Shown here piece by piece: positions 17,756 to 25,791 of a stretch of 26,983 nt of DNA (the stretch's first letter is position 1; every line of letters begins with the position of its first letter). The stretch is taken from positions 1 to 26,983 of the forward strand of contig JBAZGL010000001.1 of NCBI GenBank assembly GCA_041652855.1, given 5' to 3'. A program made the position numbers and the translations under genes. Under the pieces are notes generated by a model. The model had not been told where the DNA came from. It worked only from the letters and a program-made list of their open reading frames with translations, and did not search any database. Source of the stretch: Candidatus Izemoplasmatales bacterium (GTDB lineage Bacteria; Bacillota_I; Bacilli_A; Izemoplasmatales; Hujiaoplasmataceae).

Positions 17756-19087
17756 ATGAAAGAGACGAATATTGGAATGCGCAACTATATGATCTATCAA
17801 GTATACATCAGGAGTTTTTCTGAATCCGGAACGTTTTTGGGGCTCATCAATGAGTTGGAACGGATCAAGCGACTCGGAACGGATATCATTTATCTTTTGC
17901 CTATTCATCCGATCGGTCTCAAGAATCGCAAAGGGACGCTCGGAAGTCCGTATGCGATTTCTGATTACTTCGCCATCAATCCCGAGTTTGGAGATCTTGA
18001 GGATTTCAAGCGATTGATACAGAGGGCACATGATCTCAAGATGAAAGTGATGATCGATGTGGTTTATAACCATACCTCTCGGGATTCCAAACTCTTGAAA
18101 GCACATCCAGAGTGGTTCTATAAGGATGCGAAAAATCAACCCGCGAATCGGATTGGCGAATGGTGGGACGTGGTCGATCTCGATTACAGCCAAAGTCAGG
18201 ATTTATGGACATATCTCATCGACGTGTTGAAGTATTTTGCCGGTCTTGGTGTCGATGGCTTTCGCGCGGATGTCAGTTCGACAATTCCGCTCGATTTTTG
18301 GTTCATGGCGCGCAGAGCGGTCGAAGAGGTCGGTAAGGATGTGATCTGGTTAAGCGAGTCGGTACAGGGACCGTTTGTGAAGATGATGCGCGATCGCGGA
18401 TTCAACTGCCATTCGGAAGCTGAGATGTTCCAAGCGTTTGACATGGCGTATGATTATGACGTCTATCCGGAAATGTTGCGCTACCTCGACGGACAGATTG
18501 AACTTTCGGATTATCTTCAATGTTTGGTGCGTCAGGAACAAGTGTATCCGCACAACTATGTGAAGATCAAGTATCTTGAGAACCATGATACTCCGAGGAT
18601 TGCTTGTCGGCTGAAGGAAAATCACAGGCGGATATTGAACTGGACGGCCTTCATGACGTTTCAGAAAGGTGCCATGTTTGTCTATAATGGACAGGAATAT
18701 TCGTCGACCAGACAATTATCGCTTTTTGAGAAAGAGTCGATCACACAGGAAAGAGACATCAGCGATTGGATTGCCATCCTCGCCAAATTGAAGCACCGAA
18801 AGGTGTTTGCCGAAGGGGAGTTCACCCCGGAGATCATGGCTCCTGACGGACTGGTCATCACATATGAAAACAAAGCAGAAAAGATCATGGGCTTTTTTCA
18901 GTTAGGAGAAAAACCGGAGGCTATTTCCTGTTCGCTTCCGGATGGGGCGTATCGAAATCGCTTAGGACAAGAGAAAGTCGTCGTCAAGGGAGGTAAGATC
19001 GACTATCAGGATCTTCCTTGTGTGTTTTTGTTCTCGAAACCGGGTGGAAAACATCATCACTTGATTCATGCGGGTATAAAGCGATAA
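17756..19087 (+). CDS. Cytoplasmic GH13 alpha-amylase-family glycosidase, 443 aa
   Basis: IYLLPIHPIG, GSPYAISDY, DVVYNHTS, catalytic GFRADV, WLSES and ENHD motifs; no signal peptide; GAGGA RBS before ATG 17756. Confidence 0.9.
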   Translation: MKETNIGMRNYMIYQVYIRSFSESGTFLGLINELERIKRLGTDIIYLLPIHPIGLKNRKGTLGSPYAISDYFAINPEFGDLEDFKRLIQRAHDLKMKVMIDVVYNHTSRDSKLLKAHPEWFYKDAKNQPANRIGEWWDVVDLDYSQSQDLWTYLIDVLKYFAGLGVDGFRADVSSTIPLDFWFMARRAVEEVGKDVIWLSESVQGPFVKMMRDRGFNCHSEAEMFQAFDMAYDYDVYPEMLRYLDGQIELSDYLQCLVRQEQVYPHNYVKIKYLENHDTPRIACRLKENHRRILNWTAFMTFQKGAMFVYNGQEYSSTRQLSLFEKESITQERDISDWIAILAKLKHRKVFAEGEFTPEIMAPDGLVITYENKAEKIMGFFQLGEKPEAISCSLPDGAYRNRLGQEKVVVKGGKIDYQDLPCVFLFSKPGGKHHHLIHAGIKR

Positions 19088-19107
19088 TGGGATTGGATAT
19101 GAATGTG

Positions 19108-20415
19108 ATGAAAGACAACAGGGTCACAGTCGTCGGTGCGGGCCTCGCTGGCGTCGAAGCATCGCTTCAGCTCGCGAAGCGGGGAATCAAAGTGATGTTA
19201 TATGATATGAAGCCAGAGAAAAAAAGTCCTGCACACGTGATGGATTCTTTTGCGGAACTGGTGTGTTCGAACTCCTTTCGCAGCAACCAGTTGGATAATG
19301 CCGTAGGTCTGTTGAAGGCGGAGTTGCGTGTGCTTGGTTCCGAAGTGATGGAGGTGGCTGATCGTTTTCGCGTTCCTGCGGGTAATGCATTGGCCGTTGA
19401 TCGCGAAGCATTTTCTCTGTACCTGACACAACTCGTCGAGCAACACCCCTACATCAGTGTCATCCATGAAGAAGTAATGCAGATACCCGAATGCATGGCA
19501 ATCATCGCAACCGGCCCTTTGACATCCGAAGCGATGGCACGTCAACTTATGGCTTTGACGGGCGAAAATTCTCTTTATTTCTTCGATGCCATCGCGCCCA
19601 TCATCACCTTCGATTCGATTGACATGGACATTGCATATAAAAAGAACCGATATGATAAGGGCGACGGACTCTATATCAATTGTCCGATGAATCAAGCCGA
19701 ATACGCGTCGTTTTATCAAGCACTGATCCACGCGCGCTCCGTGGAAGTCAAGGATTTCGAGATGAAGGTATTTGAAGGCTGCATGCCGATCGAAGAAATG
19801 GCCAGACGCGGTGAACAGACTTTGTTGTTCGGTCCATTGAAGCCCATCGGGCTCGACCAACCCTCAAAGAAGCGCCCATACGCCGTGGTGCAACTGCGTC
19901 AAGACAACCTCAAAGGTAACTTATACAACATGGTGGGATTTCAGACCCATCTCGCATTCCCGGAACAAAAACGCATCATCCAAATGATTCCCGGACTTCA
20001 AAACGCGGAAATTGTGCGCTATGGCGTGATGCATCGCAACATCTATGTCAATGCGCCCAACCTATTGTCATCGACCTATGAAATCCGGAAACGCCCGGGA
20101 CTATATATCGCCGGACAACTTTCCGGGGTCGAAGGATATGTTGAATCGATCGCCTCGGGGTTGGTATCTGGCATTTCCGCCGCAAGAGCATGTCTTCAGC
20201 GGCCGGTCTATCCTTTTCCTTTGACGTCCATCATCGGCGCCCAAGCTGATTACATCGCACATGCCGAACCTAAGGACTTCCAACCGATGAATGCCAACTT
20301 TGGCTTACTACCGCCGATTGAAGGAATCAAAAACAAAAAGGAAAAGAAGATGAAAATGGCGGAGCGAAGTCTGGATGTTCTTCGTGAATGGATGGAGGTG
20401 GGACATTATGAATGA
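19108..20415 (+). CDS. trmFO: Folate/FAD-dependent uracil-C5 methyltransferase TrmFO (Gid), ~435 aa
   Basis: VVGAGLAGVEA, ELVCSNS, YINCPM, FEGCMPIE, GPLKPIGL, VVQLRQDN and AGQLSGVEGY motifs. The start could also be 19099 or 19087. Confidence 0.95.
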   Translation: MKDNRVTVVGAGLAGVEASLQLAKRGIKVMLYDMKPEKKSPAHVMDSFAELVCSNSFRSNQLDNAVGLLKAELRVLGSEVMEVADRFRVPAGNALAVDREAFSLYLTQLVEQHPYISVIHEEVMQIPECMAIIATGPLTSEAMARQLMALTGENSLYFFDAIAPIITFDSIDMDIAYKKNRYDKGDGLYINCPMNQAEYASFYQALIHARSVEVKDFEMKVFEGCMPIEEMARRGEQTLLFGPLKPIGLDQPSKKRPYAVVQLRQDNLKGNLYNMVGFQTHLAFPEQKRIIQMIPGLQNAEIVRYGVMHRNIYVNAPNLLSSTYEIRKRPGLYIAGQLSGVEGYVESIASGLVSGISAARACLQRPVYPFPLTSIIGAQADYIAHAEPKDFQPMNANFGLLPPIEGIKNKKEKKMKMAERSLDVLREWMEVGHYE

Positions 20416-21316
20416 AGAAGACCTCATCGCGATGTTTTCCACGTATTTGCAGAGTGAGCGTCATTATGCGAAAAACACCATCACAGCCTACTTGGATGAT
20501 ATCGAGACATTGAGAACTTTTTTGATCAAAGAAGATCTCGGACACCTGAGTGCCGTGACGGATCGGATCGCCCGCTTCTATGTTTCCTATCTGCATGATC
20601 AATATACACCCAAGTCGATCCGCAGGAAGATTAGCAGCCTGAAGTCGTTCTATCACTTGCTAGTCATGCGTAAAGCAATCGAAAAGAATCCCTTTCAGAA
20701 TGTGCAACTCCCGAAGGACAAGAAGCTGTTACCGAAAATCATCTATGAAGACGATATGGCGGATTTCTTGAATCGCATTGATTCTAGCAGTGATTTGGGT
20801 TTGCGTAATGCGGCTATATTCGAACTGCTCTATGCTTCGGGGATCCGTGTGGGAGAAATCACTTCGATCGCGATTCGGGATATCGATTTTCTCAATCAAA
20901 CGGTTTTGGTTCACGGCAAAGGATCGAAGGATCGCTATGTGCCGATTCACACAAGAGGCATTGAACTCATTCGTGCATACATCAGTAATGCTCGCCCCAC
21001 GCTTGTGGCTCGATCGCGCGTCGAAGACCATCATCATCTCTTTTTGAACTATAAAGGCTTTCCTTTGACCGAAAGAGGCGTGCGCGACATCCTTGATCGA
21101 GAATTGAAACAGCAGTCATCGCTTTTGCAGATGTCACCTCATGCGTTTCGCCATTCATTCGCGACGCATCTGCTCGATCGCGGTGTTGATCTACGCAGCG
21201 TTCAGGAAATGCTGGGGCATAAAAGCCTGTCGACCACACAAATATACACGAAATTGTCAAAGGAGAAACTGAAGGATGTATACATGAAAACACATCCTCG
21301 GGCGAAACGAACATGA
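20408..21316 (+). CDS. xerC: Tyrosine recombinase XerC (CodV-type), 302 aa
   Basis: SGIRVGE (R), HGKGSKDR (K), HAFRHSFATH and LGH..LSTTQIY catalytic set; directly follows trmFO as in Bacillota; GGAGGTG RBS. Confidence 0.87.
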   Translation: MNEEDLIAMFSTYLQSERHYAKNTITAYLDDIETLRTFLIKEDLGHLSAVTDRIARFYVSYLHDQYTPKSIRRKISSLKSFYHLLVMRKAIEKNPFQNVQLPKDKKLLPKIIYEDDMADFLNRIDSSSDLGLRNAAIFELLYASGIRVGEITSIAIRDIDFLNQTVLVHGKGSKDRYVPIHTRGIELIRAYISNARPTLVARSRVEDHHHLFLNYKGFPLTERGVRDILDRELKQQSSLLQMSPHAFRHSFATHLLDRGVDLRSVQEMLGHKSLSTTQIYTKLSKEKLKDVYMKTHPRAKRT

Positions 21317-21795
21317 TGCGGGTCACTCTGATAGCGGTCGGAAAACTCAAGGAAAATTATCTTGTCCAAGGTGTGAATGAATTTCTCAAGCGCTTGAAGG
21401 GTCATGTAAAAGTGGATGTGATCGAAATCGCTGAAGAGAAAGAAAAGGGCAAAACCACCGCTTATGAAACCATTCGCGTGATTGAAGAAGAAGGTCAAAG
21501 GATTCTCAGATCGATTCCTAAAGAAGCTTTTGTGGTTGCTTTGGATCTGCAAGGCGATATGCTCACAAGCATTGAGCTCGCAGAGATGATCGATCATACG
21601 ATGAATTATCAAAGCTCATCTCTGGTTTTTGTGATTGGAGGGTCGTATGGGTTGGCAGACATAGTTAAAGAGAAATCGCATCGAAGAATCAGTTTTTCTC
21701 GGCTGACTTTTCCGCATCAACTAATGCGGCTCATCTTTTTTGAGCAAATCTATCGTGCATTCATGATTCTCAACTCTGAGCCATACCACAAATAA
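21313..21795 (+). CDS. rlmH: 23S rRNA (pseudouridine1915-N3)-methyltransferase RlmH, 160 aa
   Basis: IAVGKLKE, FVIGGSYG, SFSRLTFPHQLMRLIFFEQIYRAF and PYHK motifs. Confidence 0.96.
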   Translation: MMRVTLIAVGKLKENYLVQGVNEFLKRLKGHVKVDVIEIAEEKEKGKTTAYETIRVIEEEGQRILRSIPKEAFVVALDLQGDMLTSIELAEMIDHTMNYQSSSLVFVIGGSYGLADIVKEKSHRRISFSRLTFPHQLMRLIFFEQIYRAFMILNSEPYHK

Positions 21796-21798
21796 GGA

Positions 21799-21902
21799 TC
21801 ATTCATGTTGTGTAACACTGAAGATAATAACGCTATTATGCGGATAACATGTATTATTTGATAATATTAAGAGTATAAATCTGCTTCTATGTCATTCATG
21901 TT
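21799..21902 (+). repeat. 11-bp direct repeat pair in the spacer after rlmH
   Basis: TCATTCATGTT at 21799-21809 and at 21892-21902. Confidence 0.8.
21837..21864 (+). other. dif-like (11-6-11) candidate Xer recombination site
   Basis: TATGCGGATAA-CATGTA-TTATTTGATAA has the ATAA-N6-TTAT core. It matches the E. coli dif arms (GGTGCGCATAA/TTATGTTAAAT) at 8/11 and 7/11. The context is AT-rich, so a chance match is possible. Confidence 0.3.
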
Positions 21903-21971
21903 CTTTCCTTTTCGTGTCCACTTGATTCACATAGAACCAGGATATTCTAGTATAAGGATTGTGATACTCAT

Positions 21972-23837
21972 ATGAATTGGAACAAGCTTTTCTTGGATCA
22001 AATTCACTTAACTGGGATCCATAAAGACCTGTTAAGCCGTCAAGGAAACGGGTTGTCTAGACACATAGGCGATCTGTTTCCTGATTTGTCGAATGAATCC
22101 GCTTGGCTGGGTGGGAATGGCGAAGCTTGGGAGAGGGGCCCATACTACATGGATGGGTTGATTCCTTTGGCTTACCTGTTGAAGGATGACGAATTGATTA
22201 CTCAAGCGAATCAGTGGATTGCATCCATTCTTTTATCCCAACAAGATTCCGGATTTTTTGGCCCAGATAAAAATCATGACTGGTGGCCGAGAGCGGTTGT
22301 TCTTAAAGCGATGTTGTCGGCATATCTAGCCACAAGGAACGAAGACATCATCAAGTTCATTGAGAATTATCTGGATTACTTCTTGAAGCAAGTCGATACC
22401 CTGCCCTTTGATTTCTGGGGATATGCACGTGGGATGGAAGGGTTCGAAACGATCGATTTCATTCAAAATCGATTGACATCCGATAAACTGGAAGAGATCA
22501 AGAAGGCACTGAAGCAAAACTCAATGGATTGGAAGGGTTTCTTTCATGATTTTCCTTACCCCGAACGCACAGACCAATACATGCCCAAGCATTTGTTTCG
22601 GATTGTGAAATACTTCACGAATGTATGGGATTCTTTGAAAAAAAAGCGGAAGCATCCGCCTAAAACAAGCAAGGAGAAGATTCTCAAGCACAGAGACAAT
22701 CAAAACAATTTGGTGTTTCTGAAGACGCACGGTGTCAATATCGCGATGGCCCTCAAGTATTTACTTTATGGTGGAGAAACACCTCAAGCCATGTGGGACG
22801 GATTGAGCACCGTGTTGAAACATCACGGGAATGCCACGGGGATTTTTTCGTCGGACGAACACCTGAATGGAACCAGTCCCTTTTCCGGGATGGAACTGTG
22901 CACGGTGGTGGAAATGATGTATTCCATGGAAGAAGCCATCAGGATGACCGGCAGTATGGAAGCGTGTGATAGACTGGAGATATATGCGTATAATGCACTG
23001 TTAACGACTATCAGACCGGATTTCAGTTCTCATCAATATGTCCAACAAGCCAATCAATACGATTGTGAAGTGAAAAGACATCCATTCTATGACGCGAATC
23101 GTTACGCGAACACGTTTGGGGTTGCGCCGAATTATGGGTGTTGTGCCGCCAACATGCATCAAGGTTGGCCCAAAATGATGATGTCATCGGTGATGACATC
23201 CCCCAATACCTTGGGCTTGTTCCTATATCACTCCGGAATCTATCGTGCGGAATATCCTCATGGCCACATCATCCTAGAAATTCAGACGACATATCCTTTT
23301 GCAGATGTCGTGCAGATCACATGTATCGAGTCCACGGTCGACGATATCGATTGGTTGCTGAGAATCCCACATCATGCAAAGACAGAGCTGAGAATCCAAG
23401 ATCAGACAATACGGATTGATCATCAAGATAGTTATCAGATTCAGGGGCTCAAAACGGGAGAGTGTGTGACTTTGGCGTTTGATTTTCCTGTTCTGACTTT
23501 GACGAATCCAGATCATTCCATCAGTGTTCAAAGAGGACCTTTGATTTATGCGCAGCACATTGTATATGACGAGTTTTTTATCAAAGGAGAGAAGCCTTTC
23601 CATGACCGTGGATTTTCACCGAGAAACCTCAAACGTATCTCATTACGTTTAGAAGATGGACGTGTCATTGTGAAAAGTATGCGCAAGACCCTCAACGATA
23701 ACTCGTTTCATGATAACGACATCGTGATATCGGTGGCGGGGTATGATGAAGACTTGGACAAAAGGATTGATTTGGAACTCAAACCTTATGGGTTATCCAC
23801 ATTAAGAAGAACGCATTTCAATATATCAACGAGATAG
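21972..23837 (+). CDS. GH127/GH146-type (beta-L-arabinofuranosidase domain, DUF1680) glycoside hydrolase, 621 aa
   Basis: WERGPYYMDG, DWWPR, HGVN, SDEHL, ELCTVVE and NYGCCAANMHQGWPK motifs. E-x-C and C-C match the Zn/cysteine-nucleophile ligands of the family. No signal peptide. Confidence 0.85.
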   Translation: MNWNKLFLDQIHLTGIHKDLLSRQGNGLSRHIGDLFPDLSNESAWLGGNGEAWERGPYYMDGLIPLAYLLKDDELITQANQWIASILLSQQDSGFFGPDKNHDWWPRAVVLKAMLSAYLATRNEDIIKFIENYLDYFLKQVDTLPFDFWGYARGMEGFETIDFIQNRLTSDKLEEIKKALKQNSMDWKGFFHDFPYPERTDQYMPKHLFRIVKYFTNVWDSLKKKRKHPPKTSKEKILKHRDNQNNLVFLKTHGVNIAMALKYLLYGGETPQAMWDGLSTVLKHHGNATGIFSSDEHLNGTSPFSGMELCTVVEMMYSMEEAIRMTGSMEACDRLEIYAYNALLTTIRPDFSSHQYVQQANQYDCEVKRHPFYDANRYANTFGVAPNYGCCAANMHQGWPKMMMSSVMTSPNTLGLFLYHSGIYRAEYPHGHIILEIQTTYPFADVVQITCIESTVDDIDWLLRIPHHAKTELRIQDQTIRIDHQDSYQIQGLKTGECVTLAFDFPVLTLTNPDHSISVQRGPLIYAQHIVYDEFFIKGEKPFHDRGFSPRNLKRISLRLEDGRVIVKSMRKTLNDNSFHDNDIVISVAGYDEDLDKRIDLELKPYGLSTLRRTHFNISTR

Positions 23838-23846
23838 GAGATTGTC

Positions 23847-24593
23847 ATGGACATTCAAAAAAAGAAGCATGTGTTATACTCAGTTTTGTGCGTCATCGGC
23901 ATCAGTGTGATTTTGTTTTTGCTTTCGCTTATGGCGAAAGAGTCGGAAATGTTTGTGTTTTGGGGCAGTTCGTCAAGGCAAGTGGCTGCTGATTTGGCAA
24001 ACGCCAGCATCCGAAACACGCAAAACTTCAATTGGACGTTTATTTTTATTTTTACAGTCGTTGTATACATCTATTTTAATGAAATCAAAAACAAGAACTA
24101 CCGCGGAATCGCCGCAGGACTTGCTTTATATGGCGTCCATTGGCTCTATGAGATTGTCAATGCGATCATTCAATCCGGATCTGGGTATGCGTTGTGGACG
24201 GTGTCCCCTGAAAGCACGTCGTTCATGCTCTTGATTGGAGTATCCTGGGAATTATCGATGATGTTCGCTGTGGCGGGGTTGATCATGTCCAAGTTGTTGC
24301 CGAACAACAAAGATATGAAAATACTAGGAATGAATAACCGAGTTTTTTTTGCGGTGGCGAACGCGGCATTCTTTAGTGTGTTTGAAATATTTTTGGCTGG
24401 CACACCCGCATTCATCTGGACATATCCATGGTGGGGCACCATCCCGGTGTTCATCACGACGTATATCCCGTTCTTTCTCGCTTCGTTTCTCATTTATGAC
24501 GCGAAGGAGAAGACTCAAAAAGTCTTCATTGCTTCTGTATGGGCCGCGGTCTTTGTATTGTTGGTGTTGTTGATACCTTTAGGAATCATCTAA
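23847..24593 (+). CDS. Hypothetical polytopic membrane protein (~7-8 TM), 248 aa
   Basis: GGAG RBS, 9 nt after the GH127 stop; multiple hydrophobic segments with embedded polar residues (HWLYEI, WELS, FEI). Confidence 0.8.
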   Translation: MDIQKKKHVLYSVLCVIGISVILFLLSLMAKESEMFVFWGSSSRQVAADLANASIRNTQNFNWTFIFIFTVVVYIYFNEIKNKNYRGIAAGLALYGVHWLYEIVNAIIQSGSGYALWTVSPESTSFMLLIGVSWELSMMFAVAGLIMSKLLPNNKDMKILGMNNRVFFAVANAAFFSVFEIFLAGTPAFIWTYPWWGTIPVFITTYIPFFLASFLIYDAKEKTQKVFIASVWAAVFVLLVLLIPLGII

Positions 24594-24715
24594 GGATTGT
24601 GTGTTGAAACAATGGAACACGAAAGACTGCGCATGATACCTCGGTGTGAATTTGATGAGGCTTCATCAATGATGGAGGTGTCATCGTATCGCTTGATCCC
24701 GTTTCAAAAGCGAGT

Positions 24716-24740
24716 AAGGCCTTTTTTTGAAAGGCTTTTT
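24716..24740 (+). terminator. Rho-independent terminator
   Basis: GCCTTT-ttttg-AAAGGC stem (extendable by AAG/TTT) followed by T5. Confidence 0.6.
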
Positions 24741-24791
24741 CTCTAGGGATGAAATGGAGTTCAAGATTTTATTTTTCTTATTAAATTTTCG

Positions 24792-24800
24792 TGGTAATAT
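24792..24800 (+). promoter_or_regulatory. Possible extended -10 promoter for the 24831 gene
   Basis: TGgTAATAT in an AT-rich stretch upstream of the GAGGTG RBS (24816-24821). Confidence 0.35.
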
Positions 24801-24830
24801 AGAGCCATCAAGTATGAGGTGGCGAAGCGA

Positions 24831-25712
24831 ATGTATAGTCATTACGAAGCGAACGCATTGATTGCCAGATTTAATGATCTTGCCAATGAAAAGACGCGAA
24901 AGACGCGAAAAACGCTCGGGATTCTGATGGGGGTTCATGCTGCGATCATCGTGACGATGATCGTGTGTGTCGATTGGCAGGAAAGCGGAGATGTCATGAT
25001 ACCGTTGACTGTCTTCATGGGCGTGGCCCTTGTGGCATTTTTGGTATTCTTTCTTGTGACCAAGGTTGTATCACAAAATAAGGAGACATATCGCTTCCTG
25101 TACGCCGAGATATACAAAAAGATCAATGAAGACCGAGATTTGTCGCTCTATTATGACACACCCAAAAAAACGGATAACCGATTTGTTTTTGAGGGATCTC
25201 TGTTTCCTAAGGCATCCACAGTCTATGTGTTGCGTAAAGTTGCAGGACACACGGAAGCCAAAAACGCATTTGTCCTATATGATTGCCTGTTGATTACCGG
25301 GGGTGGACAGTACCAACAGACCCACCTGAATGGAATCTATCTATATTTCAAGATTCCAGTTGATTCCACAATTCAACTCAGAACTACAGGGAAACCCCAA
25401 ATCAAGAAACATAAGTTTATGAAGGTCGCGACAGAAAATGAATTTTCAGTCTACAAGGCGGACAATGCTCAACTCAGCCATTTTGAAAGGCTGCTAATCC
25501 AGAAGACCAAAGAATTGAAGATGAAACTACAGGCCAAGCAGATGTATGTGAGTATCAGCGATAACGAGATGCATTTAGCTTATCAATCCAAGAATATCAA
25601 GCGGAGCCAGAGGCGGCTTGATCCGACCGCAGTGAATGAGATATATCATTTCTTCGTTTCTGAATTACAGATCATTGATGAATGTGTGAATCTGACAGAG
25701 TATTTGAATTGA
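24831..25712 (+). CDS. Hypothetical protein with two N-terminal TM helices and a soluble C-terminal domain (DUF3137-like architecture), 293 aa
   Basis: GAGGTG RBS 9 nt before ATG 24831; hydrophobic segments at about residues 25-75. The family assignment is tentative. Confidence 0.7.
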   Translation: MYSHYEANALIARFNDLANEKTRKTRKTLGILMGVHAAIIVTMIVCVDWQESGDVMIPLTVFMGVALVAFLVFFLVTKVVSQNKETYRFLYAEIYKKINEDRDLSLYYDTPKKTDNRFVFEGSLFPKASTVYVLRKVAGHTEAKNAFVLYDCLLITGGGQYQQTHLNGIYLYFKIPVDSTIQLRTTGKPQIKKHKFMKVATENEFSVYKADNAQLSHFERLLIQKTKELKMKLQAKQMYVSISDNEMHLAYQSKNIKRSQRRLDPTAVNEIYHFFVSELQIIDECVNLTEYLN

Positions 25713-25791
25713 ACAAGACCATTCCATCGATTTCTTGGTCGTGGCGCAAGCGAATTGGAACATGTATTTAGATACAAGGAGAAAAACATAA

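Noticed and set aside
19198-19860. Long antisense ORFs (220 aa opposite trmFO; also 17705-18193, 11632-12174, 10553-11104, 7479-8009, 3220-3657, 1322-1747)
   Set aside because: They are shadows of well-conserved + strand genes, with no recognisable motifs or RBS.
20408-21316. xerC as a phage or ICE integrase marking a mobile element
   Set aside because: Its size, motifs and trmFO adjacency match chromosomal XerC/CodV; no phage, conjugation or transposase genes are present.
22638-22663. A_AAA_AAG slippery heptamer (A8 tract) in GH127, with an adjacent GCGGA/TCCGC hairpin and a -1 frame stop at 22661
   Set aside because: The hairpin abuts the heptamer instead of lying 5-9 nt downstream, Lys-Lys-Lys codons explain the tract, and the truncated product would lack the catalytic residues.
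24612-24746. 44-codon ORF (MEHERLRMIP...FFERLFL) across the structured spacer
   Set aside because: No RBS, no recognisable motif, and it runs through the terminator.
24891-24914. 9-bp tandem repeat AAGACGCGA x2 plus a partial copy (KTRKTRKT)
   Set aside because: A short in-frame duplication that cannot shift the frame; probably neutral.
25757-25768. LexA (Cheo) box-like GAACATGTATTT
   Set aside because: Two mismatches in the GTTC half-site, and the downstream gene is not an SOS-type gene.
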